Positions 1 through 12,819 of a DNA stretch of 64,000 nt are shown piece by piece. Every line of letters begins with the position of its first letter. Within the stretch, counting starts at the first letter, position 1. The translations under genes and the position numbers were made by a program. Source of the DNA: Lytechinus pictus. Its lineage: Eukaryota. The notes under the pieces are model-generated. The model had not been told where the DNA came from. It was given only the letters and a program-made list of their open reading frames with translations, and ran no database searches. The stretch is from the NCBI RefSeq assembly GCF_037042905.1, contig NC_087251.1, positions 45,634,001 to 45,698,000 of the forward strand, given 5' to 3'.

Positions 1-66
1 TTCTTTCTTTCTCTATTTCTTTCTTTCTTTCTGCCTCTCCTCTGTCTCTCTCTCTCTCTCTCTTCT
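1..66. repeat. (CTTT)n/(CT)n simple repeat
   Basis: TTCTTTCTTTCTCTATTTCTTTCTTTCTTT...CTCTCTCTCTCTCTC. Confidence 0.85.
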
Positions 67-889
67 CAGTCATCAACCTTAATGGATGGAGGCTAAGAGG
101 TGGGGCCTAAGAAGATGGAAGGTATCGCCATGGCGACGATTCCAAGGGGAAGAGTTTCTCATCAGATGGCAAATTGTATTTGATAAGCATGCTGATGACA
201 TATTTTGGGCTCTAATGACCGCGATTTGGCAGGTACATTATTAAAAAGCATGATTAAATTATCAACCAAGAGCCTACTTTCCATACCATTTCAGACCCTT
301 CACTTCGATCTAATATCTTCTGTTATTGATGGAGTGTATAATGACATTGAGTTTGGTTATTACTATTTACTACTCTCAACCAATATGGAAAACATTGGCA
401 CCCTCATTGTATTTTCATCTTATGTAAATGGTATCTATTTACCTCTGCATTCTCTTTTGGAGCGGCCTTGTTACCTTATCTTGCGACAGATAGAGGTTAA
501 TCAACTATTGTAAGTGATAAACTTTGATACATCACGGATTTCATGCCCTACTTCTGACATGGTGTTTTTAGTGAGGTTTTAAGGGTCCTAGTACTATGAA
601 AAAAAATATAAGGTTATCTATAAGGTACTTATCACAACTCGGGTCTTGCAGCAAATACAAATTATTATTGACAAATTTCCTGACTTTCCGTTTTTACTTA
701 ATTTCATTTCTAGAAAGAGCATTCTAAATTTCGCTATGAATCTTAAGTTGAATGTCAAAGGAATGTTTTATTAAAAAAAATAAAAAAAATAAAAATAAAA
801 ACGAAAAACCAAAATAAATCCATATTTTATTGTTTGAAATAGTCATGAAATGAAATACTCAGAAAATTTGCTTTGCCCAATTGATCGTA

Positions 890-1070
890 GGCCCGGCAGC
901 CACTGTGCAGCGCCAGATCGACGAGGCTCTATCCCTTTAATCGTTGAACGCCAAACAGGGTAGCAGCAACTCCCATCTTTTAACGTCTTTTGGTCTGACG
1001 CGGCCGGGGTTTGAACCCCCGACCTCCCGGTTGTGAGGCGGACGCTCTATCAACTGCGCCAACACACCGG
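890..1070 (-). mobile_element. tRNA-derived SINE (partial)
   Basis: Minus strand has an A box TGGCGCAGTTGATAGAGC and a B box GGTTCAAACCC, followed by a non-tRNA body similar to the 24486 copy. Confidence 0.75.
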
Positions 1071-2577
1071 TTATTGAGCCATTTAGAGAGGAAAAAATAA
1101 TTTCCTAGTAGTATTAGTAGTAAAATATTTCCACGGCAATATCATTACTTAGTTGAATTTTCCTTCAATTTGTTTGCAAACCAAGTTTGCTCAAATCAGT
1201 CAATATTTATGGAAATGACGCTTACTGCGAACCTAATCTAACGCTTGACCCAGTTCAAGGTGCAAACATTCGAAAGCAAATAAGGAAATAAAACATAGAC
1301 GAATGCTTGGCAACGCAAACACTGACATGAATGTTTCAGCTACATACTAAGAAGCAGCTCAGGGTTGATTTTCTATCAGGGGATAAATGTAGCTACATCA
1401 TGTAAGTTTGTCATAACCCTTCTGACTGAAAATCTGTCCTTTCCTCCACCCTTTTTCCGGCAGCATGCTTGAGCCAATTTCCTCTCCTGAGTGACAAATA
1501 ATTTGGTTTTACCAAGCAGCATCTGTTTCTCCAGCCCTAGTCCCCATGTACCAGGGATAGTTTTACCAATGTTATGCTACGGTCACACCAAGGAAACCGA
1601 TTCCAAACCGACCGATGGTATGTCATTGGTAATAAAGTGATAGATTTGGTCGATCTAGAATCGGGATCGCCAGTGTGAAAGTGGTAAGTCATGACATCAG
1701 TATAACTACATATTGATGCTACAGTCACACTAAACAATACCGGCTCTAAACCGACCGATAGCATATCGTTGGGAATAGTATCATAGATTTGGTTGGTCTG
1801 GAGTTTGTCCGCTAGTGTGACTGAGGTGTACACAGCTGCTGTAACTCTGCCCCTCAGCGATGAAGATACAGAGGTTGGCTTCATTGTACAATCACAGAGG
1901 GTATGAGTGAAGTACATGTAAACGTCATAATCGTCAAAATATAACATGGTAATACTATTATGTATCCATCTTCTAGTAACAGTAAGAAAGTTCATCACAG
2001 CATAGATCAACGGTACTTTTCAAAAGTGGACATCTGTATTTTATTCTCATTACATGTATGTAGAGTATGTTCCTTCACTGTTTACATCTCATTTATTGTA
2101 GGGCCCCACTCACAAGCTCTGCTTTTTAGGGGTCCTCGAGAACCTCCCATATATGTTATTTATCTTGTTGTATTATCTGTTCATTGATTTGTACTTATAT
2201 GTCTGGTTTTTGAATAAATTCAACTTGATAACTTGAACTTGAAGGGTACTTTGTTTGGTTCCAATGATGGTATCAGCTGGGTTATCACTAGTGATTTAAT
2301 AGTTGATGAGTGAACAAATGTGGGGACATGACATGTGCTCCGGTCTTAATATCTCAGAAGGCACTGGGTAAGACTTAGGATTGTAATAAGAGTTTTTGGT
2401 TCAGAAACATGTTGGATTAGGGTATATTTAGTTTTGGAGGTTAGGTTTGATGTTTGCCTAAACACGCAGATTTTCCAATGTAGTAATAATCGCCAGAGCA
2501 AATGGCATGGAACTTGTTATGTGACCCACGGTCAGGTGACCTATGTCGGGTGACCCATGGAGTTCTTGGTCACCTAC

Positions 2578-2790
2578 CTCTTGGATATGAAGGACAATAT
2601 CCTGCTGCACATCGAGATCCAGGAGCTTGATCCTTTCGATGAAGAGTTCCTTCTGTTCACACTGGACGGCACACCCCAGCATGAGGAGCAGGACCTTCTG
2701 GACCTCCCTCAGAGCCTCTTCGGTCAGCGGCTCCTTGGCGATGGTCAGGATGTTGGGAAGCTTCATCACGATCAGCTGGTCGAGCATCTC
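2578..2790 (-). CDS. CCDC88: CCDC88 coding exon 4: [71 protein letters not shown]
   Basis: Pyrimidine-rich acceptor TTCAG|GAG and donor GAG|GTAGGT; 213 nt, phase 0 to 0. Has the hallmark LLLLLGCAVQCxxKExFIxxIxxLD Hook-domain motif. The gene continues beyond the left edge. Confidence 0.95.
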
Positions 2791-2981
2791 CTGAAGTGAC
2801 ACAAGCAAGGCGAGAGAAGATGAAGAGTTAGAGCAGGGAACTATATTATAAAAAAGTATATCCATTGAACTTCATATGAAATATACTGAAATAATATAAT
2901 AATGCTGTACTAATGTTCAAGCAGAGTGTCATCATTTCTCTTATGAGTGAATGATGGCGATGGTCATGATTTTTTTTAAAA

Positions 2982-3152
2982 CCTGATTGCTAGGAAAGCA
3001 TGAATGCTTGTAATCAAGCAACCAGAGGACCGAAGGCTTAAGGTCCAATCCATGGGACGTGGTAATGAGGAAAAAAGGGCACTAGCGAAGTGGGAAGAAA
3101 ACCTGGGACATCGGATTATGAAACCACCCCTCAACCAACAGAGCTATCACAC
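2982..3152 (-). mobile_element. Degenerate tRNA-derived SINE (same family as 11319)
   Basis: CCTGATTGCTAGGAAAGCATGAATGCTTGTAATCAAGCAACCAGAGGAC aligns by eye with 11319-11370. Confidence 0.55.
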
Positions 3153-4411
3153 TATATGGACCCCATCCCCCAAAACGAGATAATAGGACAAGCGCAGACA
3201 AATATTCAAATATAAAATAGTTTGCATGTATTTTACATGTTATTATGTTCTCTAATGCGATAGTAAGCTCATCCCAGGCAAGCTATGCTCAATTATAATA
3301 ATGTGCACATGATGAAGCAGACAGTTCATTGATCACGAATGACAGCTTTCGATAATAATACCATGCATAGTTATTAAAGTCTATGTTCACACTAGATGAC
3401 GGAGTACTTCTTGTCTTGATAAACTTATAAACCAATCCCATTCCTATGGAAATCAAATGACAATCATTCTCACAATCTGAATTATATCTGTCACAGTCAG
3501 GAAATGATTAAACTGATAAATTCAATACAACACCCACTGTCCCAACCACCCCCCCCCCAAAAAAAAAAAAATCCAGTCAAAAGCTGAACTATGTAACTAA
3601 TAAAAACTGAAAACACACCGTTTTTAAGTTATGTTTTATCTTAATAATGCCAATTGATGTGTGGCTCTTGAGAAAAACGTATTGCACAGAAATGAACATA
3701 AAGGAACTAAGATGCACCCTCCCCTCTTGTAATAAACTGGGCTGCAAGCAAACCTTGCAAATTCTGGATAGAACTCAAACGAAGATAAGGGTTGAAACCC
3801 GTTTAAGCTTATACACTTTTATTTTGTGAAATATTGTGAAATCCAAATGGTTCCACATTGCAGAGAACCACTTACAAGAAGTCCTGCAATTAAGTGCTTC
3901 ACATTAATGTGACTCTTCCATGTTCGCAGGAAGTAGCCCTACTCCTTAAAAGCATTTTAACATTGGCTAGCACTGAATCCCTGCCTAATATGTTCACTAG
4001 AATGCCTAGACATGATTTCCATTTTTATGGAAACTATCTGAAAGCATGACATCAAAGGTTTCAAGGATCCTTATTTGTGAGATGTCTACACTAATTTCAT
4101 GACAATGTCTTTGAAATCAATGTTAAATTCCAATGTATAAACCTACATGTAACTTTGTGGAATCATGAAATCTAACTGAAAATGATTGCTCTCAAGATAC
4201 ACAGATAAGCGCATGTAACATAGTGTATTTTATTGCTTTGGAAACGACTGACATCTGGGTGGAATGTAATGCCTAATAATTTGTCAATTTCTTATCAATT
4301 ACACACTTTGGGGGTTGTCATTTTGGTGAAATGAAATTTGCTCCGGTGTTTATATCTCAGGGGGCATAGTGTAAGAGTTAGGACTGTAAATAGAGTTTTG
4401 GGTTCATAGTA

Positions 4412-5314
4412 GGGCCGTCTGCACCATCCCGAGTTTTCAAATTAGCGCGCTATTTCTGATCCGGCAAATTATCCCGATCTGAAAAATCTCGAGATAGTTT
4501 GCAGTGGAGACGCAATTATCGCGCTAGTTCGTAGGATTAATCTCGAGATTGCAATCCCAAGTCAACTCGGGTTTATTTGCAAAACAGCGCCCTATTTTAC
4601 GAATTATCCCGCTAATTCGTAGGTGCAGACACACTCGAGATTGGACTCGGGGTAATTTATTCATGACGTCAGTCCATAATGCAATTCGCGTTCCACTTCC
4701 GCCTTGGTCAAAACATAAACACGTGCGAAAGTCAACTTTATACATGCGAATAGATTTATCGCGAATAGCGTTCATCAATTGCCTAATCAGCAACGATGGT
4801 GTCCCACCAGTGAATGGATTTTGGGAGAGACCAGACCGAAGGGGGAGGCGCTCATCGACGATGGTCATATTCAATAACAACATTGACAGCAGTGTCGTCT
4901 TATTCCTTCGCAAAATGTGAGCAAATAGCATTTCTTTCCTCCTTCTCTCCCTCTCTCTCTCTCTCTGTCGTTGCCTCCTACTCCGCCATCATATTTAACG
5001 AAGAATACATCACTTCTTCACTCGCTGAGCTGAGAGGATTGTTGCATAACACCGGTCGAATTCGGCGAAAGTGCTAGTGAAAGGAGTACATTGCTTGCAT
5101 ATCGCGGGAAGTTATTCAAAAGCGCGGGCCGTTGAAACTCCAAGATCCGAAAGTGCGCATGCTCGGAATATCGGGTTTGTTGCCTCGCTCGAGCAGGAAT
5201 CGCTGTCTTGCGATGGTGCAGACGGGGTTTCTTGAATCTCGAGATTAATCGCGAAGTGGGCCAATCGGGCTAAAATCTCGAGATTGAGCAAACTCGGGAT
5301 GGTGCAGCACCGCC
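4412..5314. mobile_element. GC-rich TIR element (MITE-like, about 900 bp)
   Basis: TIR core CTGCACCATCCCGAGTTT / AAACTCGGGATGGTGCAG; repeated ATCTCGAGAT palindromes; interrupts an older repeat. Confidence 0.75.
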
Positions 5315-6623
5315 AAATGTAAAGATAAGGAGTAGGGTTTATTTAGTTTTGTACAGTGTAGGTTAGGATTAATGTTTGGCTTAACATGCAGATTTTCAAT
5401 TGGAGCAATTTATTGGATTCTGTTTGAACTCATTTTTAGATTATTAAAATCTTACCACAAAATGGCATTTCTGTTCATCTGGTACGCATATACACGTACA
5501 TACAAATTGTAAATTGTATACAAATAGATGGAACCATTTTTTTGGCAACCACACCTTCCACAAATCGTGCCAGCCTAATAGAATGCGTCGTTGGTGAAAA
5601 CGTTACAATGTCACTGATTGGAACAGAATCAAATGGTCCAATGGAGTATGACAAACTTAAGGTAAGATGAAGATTCCACTATTTTCTACGACCTGTACAT
5701 TTACCCAAGCAGCAGGCACAGTAAATATGTTCCTTTGTACAAAACCAACAGGTGGCAAATGAGGTATGACATATGGATTTGATGCTGTGAAATGAGCACT
5801 CTTTTGAGTACGATATAAATAGACTTCTGTGAAAAGGCCATACATTCCAATGCAGGTTAAATAGTTTTTAAAAAACTCATGTAAATGATAACTGCGAGGA
5901 AACTAAGAAATAGAGTTGAAAAACAAAGTTCTTTTTAGTAGAAATAGTTCAAAAATACATTGAAGGACATGTTTGTCATCTCCTACAGAAAGAAGCATTA
6001 GAATCAACGCAGAGGTGAAGTATATTTTTATATGATATTAATGACATATCTGCATCATAACACAGCTTATATATATCTACATTCAGGGATTGGGAACCTT
6101 CTGTAAATATTAAACTGTCAACGTAAGTAGTCATAATATGCAAGAATTCAAATTCAAAGTTTCAGTTTCGGACGATCCTCCCCTGGGGATCCTTCCATTG
6201 AGATCATCGTGGTTTTGATGACACAATGTCAAGTTAAGGCAATTGTCACAACATAAACTGTTTCAGATAATCCTGCATTCAAGTGTAGGACTACGTGTGC
6301 ATCTTCAATGAATACTCCGGACTATGTTTTTTCTTAGGGTTAGAAGTAGGTGTTCATGTATTATTCCATTCCTCATGAACCCTTGTGCGGATCTTTCGAG
6401 CCAGGCTCGTTAAGCGTGTGAATCTTCAATAAGCGTACTAATACAAAGCTATTAAAACTTTGATATTATTACAACAAAAGAGATGCACAAGACAGCAATT
6501 ATAAGGCAAAGCATAAGAAAAGGCTTATTTTGCACACTGGTGAACAATCACATGATTAATTTGACAAAATTAGACAAAATCAATTGACACATGATGATTT
6601 TGGGGGTGGGCAAATATTCCGCA

Positions 6624-7115
6624 TACATTCGTAATTCCGAAGGTTCGGTTTTTCCGAAGGTCGTTTTTCCGATGGTTCGTAATTCCGAAGGTTCGTTAAT
6701 CTGAAAACGAAATAAGGTTCGTAATTCTGAAGGTTCGTTAGTCTGAAAACAAAATGAGGTTCGTAATTCTGAAGGTTCTTTAGTCCGAAAACGAAATGAT
6801 TAACGAACCTCATTTCGTTTTCGGACTAACAAACCTTCGGAACAACGAACCTTATTTCGTTTTCGGATTAACGAACCTTCGGAACAACGAACCTTATTTC
6901 GTTTTCGGATTAACGAACCTTTGGAACATCGAACCTTATTTCGTTTTCGGATTATCCAACCTTCGGAAAAACTAACCTTCGAAATAACGCCACAAATGTT
7001 CGGATTAACGAACCCTTTTACGTTTTCGGATTAACGAACATCGAGGTATAGGCAATTTACGTGTTTCGGAATTACGAACCTTCGGAATAAAGAACCTTCG
7101 GAATTACGAAGTGTA
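6624..7115. repeat. Fold-back array of ~42-bp units (probably a MITE with expanded subterminal repeats)
   Basis: Unit GGTTCGTAATTCCGAAGGTTCGTTAATCTGAAAACGAAATAA is repeated, then flips orientation at about 6800. Ends TACATTCGTAATTCCGAAGG / CCTTCGGAATTACGAAGTGTA are inverted. Confidence 0.8.
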
Positions 7116-8262
7116 ACCAAATATTCATACCACCCAATGTTTGCAAAACTAGATGAAATCTCCATAAAGCATTCACGTGGAATAAAAAGTTTCCAATGTT
7201 CGCTTCCTTGTAAACAACTTTCATAAACATTGCTGCCTCTAAAACCATTCATCTCAAATTCTCAATATTAACTAACTATAACATTCCAATTCCACATATA
7301 TTTCCATGTTATCAGAATTCTATATCCTGGGTCCCGTTGCATAAAATGTTACTATTTGCTGATGGCAACTTTGCCATCCACTGGTAACTACCATGGTAAC
7401 GATGCTCAATAGCCAATTCAAAATCAAATCAAGGATTCAGTGAAAGACACCATTGGATGGCAAGTTACTATAATATTAGCTTTTATGCAACGGTGCTCTG
7501 GAGCCTCTGATCTTACAAAAGTGTTCAGATTCATTCCAGTTTCAAAATGGCTACCTGGTTCACTTCAGGAGAGTGACATGAATGACAATGGAAGGATAAC
7601 GTTATTATTCAGTTATTGAATGGAAGTTTGAACAGGAAATATGACAGGACCTGTCTAGCTGGATCTAGATCCGATGATTGATGCCGAGATTTGCGAGAGG
7701 AATTCTGCTACCTTCAACAAGGTAGTTCCAGTTCCTCTTGACCTTTTGGTGATGCATCAATAGCAGTCAATCACTGGCAATCCCCTATATCATTTCGTTT
7801 CTGTTTAAAAAAAACACACTTGATGCATTTCAAAGTAGGCCTACATTTTTACATTGAAGTACACAGCATCTATGTGTTGGTGTTGGTATTAAGCCACTGT
7901 ACTTTAAGCTTATATGCACTTTTTTAATTGAACCATCATCATAATTATGACGTATGGATTGATCTGGATCTGGATACACATACACAAATTTCCACTTCAT
8001 GAAACCCACATGATAATGCGATACGGCTAAACAAAATATGGTAATTTAATTCATGGATTACTAAAACAAGCATTACTTATCAAAAGTATGATTTTAGTAG
8101 TTCATGGTACAAGCCATCGGGGGGGGGGGGGGGGTGGTAGGAAGACATTCCAGAGTCCCAAAAGAAAATGTAGGACCTGACCTAAGGATGCAAGGAGGCT
8201 TTACAAATTCACCTTCTGACAAGATCAATATCTGAAATTGGACTTTTGTTATCACATCTCTA

Positions 8263-8739
8263 GGTGGTTTCAGACCGCCTCGAAGTTCGCCAGTTCCAGG
8301 TATTCTCTGATCGGGAAATTTACCCCGATCAGAAAATACCAGGTATTTTGGCGGTCTGAAAGCAAACTACGCGTAATATCCCCGAAAGAAAATACCCGAT
8401 AAATAGTAGGTACTTGGCGAAATTACGAGAACTTTCGCGGGGATTTTTCCAAGGTCGTGGGTATTTTGGCGGTCTGAAAGCAAATTACGGGAACTTTTAG
8501 CCCAGCGTGTCGTTGGGTGCGGCGCCGTGCATGGGTTGCTGCTGGGCTAGTGATTTTGAATTTCGCGCCTTGCTGCTTATCAGACCATACTGCGCATGCT
8601 CGTAAACTTCAGGAACTTATCCCGAAGGGTATGTTTCAGGGCGGTGTGAATGCAGGAATAATTAATGGGTATTTTTCAGCCTAAAAAAGTTCTCGTAATT
8701 TAACGGGGATTCTTGTGATCGAGGCGGTTTGAAACCACC
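8263..8739. mobile_element. TA-targeting MITE, family GGTGGTTTCAGACCGCCTCGA, copy 1
   Basis: TIR GGTGGTTTCAGACCGCCTCGA / TCGAGGCGGTTTGAAACCACC; flanks TA / TT; nearly identical to 41986-42460. Confidence 0.85.
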
Positions 8740-10226
8740 TTCTGTATATTTTTTCAGCTCTGAACTTGATGTTTTTAGATGAAGTTGCATTCCAATGGTC
8801 TATAGTTTCAGAGATAGGATCTGCACAGTATATGCTATATACCCCCACTGTTAATCAAGGCAGAGGGTTTTGACTTTGAGATCAAATGTGGTGTACCACC
8901 TTGTTATTGCAAAAAAAAATCTCTTTCAACCATCACAGAATCCAATTAGCATTTACCTTCAACTCATCAAAAGAAAACATATCGTCTGTCCTTATAGGTG
9001 AGCGGCCAGAAGCCAAAAAGTGGCTTATTTCTTGACTTTAATCCCCCCGGATGGATCAAAGCAAAATCATACATCAAATGAAAGGAAATTTTCTGAATTT
9101 TTCGGAATTGGGCATTAGAAGTGACGTAATGTGTAGCATCACTATGGAAACCGGCCTTGATTAAGCCACGCCCATTTTAAATACTTATTGAATATTTATC
9201 GTGAATATTGATTTTTTACTCATTAATTTAAATTATCAGGTATTTTTTCTTATTTTTAAAGGATAGTTCCACTATATATTTTAATAAGGATTACTGAATA
9301 ACAACTTAGCATGAATTTTATGAACATTTTCTCAGAAATTGTTGCCTAGCAACATAACTTTCCTTAGCAACCAGTTAGCTTATTAAGTTAACCACTTATT
9401 TTTCCATTTCAAACCTAACTTTTAACTTTTTAACTAGGTTAGATTAAACCTAATAAGTTACACCTATGAAATTCTATAAAGTATTATTGAAAAATAATAA
9501 AAAGAACTAAAAAAAACCCATTTTGATTATTGCGAACCTCAAATAAATTTGCTAAGCTTTACTTAACACACCCCCTTCTATCGTACAAATCGCCATATTA
9601 TTGTTCATTTTGACTACATTGATACACGTACGTACAAGTCACATACTTTATACTATTTTGTGGTGAAAAAAATGGATTGAGTTAATAATACCTGATCAAT
9701 TAACATGCAGTATCTTTTCTTCAATATAACAACAACAAAATTACCATTTCACATTACCCATGGATACCAATTCATTGCCTAGCAACGACTATTTTCCATA
9801 GCAACGACTATGATAACACTCTCCTCCCTGGACAAATCTGTGTAAAAATAGTTCATTATGAGCAATAATACTGACACAATTATCATTTAGATGCCTACAA
9901 CCTCATTTTCAACAATCATTCAACAAACTGACTATTTTTTAGTTTCCATGGAGACAAATGTGTTGCCTAGTAACAATATTCCCTAGCAATGGCTATGTTA
10001 CCACTCTTCATCTCGGTCAAATGTGCTGAGGAAGTTGTGCCTTAGAGTAAAAATATTGAGAAAATTAACATGTGATAGTTTGTTAAACAGTATTCAGGAA
10101 TTTACCATCATCTACTGACACAATTCCATTGCCTAGCAACACTATTTACCTTAGCAACGATGCATTTTTCCCTTAAACAATCTTGAGGAAAATAATCCAC
10201 TTTAAAGTGTACAGTACCATTTGTAA

Positions 10227-10759
10227 AGGGATGGTCCAGGCTGTAAATATCTAAATAATAAAGTTATTGAATTTTAAAGTTTATCAATATATTGTGAAAA
10301 CAGTTATATGCACATCGTCATTAATATTCATTAGGTGGGCTGATGATGTCACATCCCCACTTTCCTTTTTCTTAGTTTAGTACATGAAATCATAAATGTT
10401 TCCTTATTTCATACATGCGTACATGATGTGTCTGCAATATGATGAAATAAGTTGCGGCAATAAATAACTAATGTATTTAGTCAGTTGTCAATCCAATTGT
10501 TTCTTGGTAGAAATATTTTAAATAAACCTAATTTCATGTAACAAAATACAAAAGAACAAGTAGGGATATGACATCATCAGCCCACCTAATGAATATTCAT
10601 AAAGACATGCCTAGAACTGTTTTACCGGAATAATGCAAATCTTTAAAATTCAATAACTTTGTTATTTATTATCCGATTTTGATCAAATTTTCAGCATTTT
10701 GCTTTGTGAATTTTACTCTATTTATTTAGATAGAAATATCTCCGGCCTGGACCATCCCT
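10227..10759. mobile_element. Kolobok-type MITE, second subfamily
   Basis: GTAA|AGGGATGGTCCAGGCTG ... CGGCCTGGACCATCCCT|TTAA with an internal inverted repeat; nested in the Academ-like element. Confidence 0.75.
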
Positions 10760-11318
10760 TTAAATAATATGCCTACATGCATACTGGCAATGGTAAATTA
10801 AAGGACACCACTTAATTTCTTTCATTTCTAAAAAAAAATCATTTATCCTTGTTTGTATATTGCTTGTCTACAAATTCTTAACAGTACGATGAGCATGGTA
10901 TTAAAACTTAATCATACAAAAAGAGCAGAGTTACAAAGAGAAATGTAAATGTTGAAGACATAAAGAGATCAATATGGTTTGGAGGATTAATAGCTGGGTA
11001 CATAAGATATTTTTTAGCTCTTGGCTGCATATTCCTCAAGTGAATATGGAATGGTTAACAAATGGATGTGTTTTGTCAAATAATACCTAGCCACCCATGC
11101 ATGTCCAACTTCCAAGTTTGTGTCTGTGTGGCGGCTGTAGCCCCAAAATGCCAAAGCTGTGAGTTCGACAAGTTTCTGTTGAATACTATTAATAAGTGTC
11201 AGAAGTTTAATCACAGGGAACTTATGATGTCACTTTCAATCTGATAACTGTCAAGAAATCAGAGGGATGAAAGTATGGAAACTTGGGATCTTAGGCCTTC
11301 ATATATGGTGGTTGTTTA

Positions 11319-11502
11319 CCTGATTGTTATGAAAGCATGAATGTTTGTAAGCAAACAACCAGAGGACGGACAGCTTAATGTCCTCTCCGAGACCTGGTAA
11401 TGAGGATGCGCCTTACTAAAGAGCACTAATGTACCAAGTGAGAATCAAATTCAGGTCACCGGAATCCGAAACCCCCGCTCTACCGACTGAGCTATCATTC
11501 CT
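11319..11502 (-). mobile_element. Degenerate tRNA-derived SINE
   Basis: Head GATAGCTCAGTCGGTAGAGCGGGGGTTTCGGATTCC on the minus strand; body shared with 2982-3152. Confidence 0.6.
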
Positions 11503-11536
11503 GATTAGGCCAAGAAAATGACAAGAAAACCATTAA

Positions 11537-12139
11537 AGGTCAAGTCCACCCAAGAAAATTGTTGATTTGAATCGATAGAGAAAAATCAAACAAACATAAC
11601 GCTGCAAATTTCATCGAAATCGGATGTAAAATAAGAAAGTTATGACATTTTTAAGTTTCGCTTATTTTTCACAAAACAGTTAAATGCACAACTCAGCGAT
11701 ATGCAAATGAGAGAGTCGATGATGTCCACCACTCACTATTTCTTTTGTTTTTTATTGTTTGAATAATACAATCTTTCAATTTTTACAGATTTGACAATAA
11801 GCACCATCTTAACTTAACCATAAACTGTTAAAATAATGGTAATTCCACATGTTGAGGGAAAAATAAAAGTTTGTTTCACTTGAAAAGGAGGAGAAATTAG
11901 AATATTTCATATTTCATATAATAAAATACTAAAGAAATAGTGAGTGGGTGACGTCATCAGTCTGCTAATTTGCATACTGACAAGGATGTGCATATAACTG
12001 TTTTGTGAAATTAAGCAAAACTTTAAAATGTCATAACTTTCTTATTTTACATCCGATTTTGATGAAATTTTCAGTGTTTTGCTAGTTAGATTTTTCTCCT
12101 CTTTTTCAAATCAACTTTTTGTTGAGGTGGACTTGTCCT
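11537..12139. mobile_element. Kolobok-type MITE (TTAA TSD)
   Basis: TTAA|AGGTCAAGTCCACC ... GGTGGACTTGTCCT|TTAA with a long internal inverted repeat. Same family as 22428-23001 and 60816-61866. Confidence 0.85.
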
Positions 12140-12819
12140 TTAAGGATAGAAAGGCTTACTAAATTGGGAGGTGTTTTCTATGTCTAAGTGTCATTATGTA
12201 ATATGTCATGATGTTTGCACACATCTGCAGAATAGAGACAACCAGGGAAGGGCATACAAGAAAAGTCCCTGAATATATAGAGAGGAGGCATATCAACTTA
12301 AGTGGTCTTTGATGTTGTCCTTCATGTATTTTCTGCCACATCGATAGTGTCAGTGACTCGTGCTCTTAAAAACTGATGCCTTAAATACTCAGTTTAAGAA
12401 AATATATCTGAAAGAAAAGACAAGGATTCCCCTCACCATGCATACATATGTAAAGGACATTGACAAAGCTTCGGAAAAAACAGGTACACATGCCACTAAT
12501 GTAGGGCTTACACTAACGCTACTGTTCGTTCCATGGAGATTTAGATCAATATAAATCTTTAAAGACATCCATGGTATAAGAAATATGTCTAAGAATATAT
12601 CTAAAACTGATGTAATTGGGATGATACCCCTACAGTATTGGTAAAACATACTAATCTGTATTTGTAATGATGATTAGTTCAAATAATAAGGCTGGAAAAT
12701 CTAAATTACAGCCATAATTTTGTATCACTACTTTAATGGAGTGGGAAAACATTGAACTGTGCAATAATCTCTAAATAATTACTCCTTTGTGTGCCAAAGT
12801 GATGATCTGGCAAGTCTAA

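Noticed and set aside
995..1070. tRNA-like sequence (also 24665-24740)
   Set aside because: A and B boxes are present, but there is no convincing acceptor stem and both continue into a shared non-tRNA body; these are SINE heads.
2458..2865. 135-aa ORF as a complete protein
   Set aside because: Only 2578-2790 is Hook-domain-like and bounded by splice sites; the rest is intron read-through. The same applies to ORFs 53821-54129 and 57867-58061.
4524..5077. Overlapping 135-, 123- and 87-aa ORFs
   Set aside because: They lie inside a GC-rich palindromic MITE and show no transposase or other recognisable motif.
6385..6420. Second hammerhead-like motif (minus strand TTAACGA-GCCTGGCTC-GAAA)
   Set aside because: Two core mismatches and no convincing stem I or III; could be chance.
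6624..7115. Regularly spaced repeats resembling a CRISPR array
   Set aside because: There are no unique spacers: units are contiguous and invert mid-array. The context is a eukaryotic intron with no cas genes.
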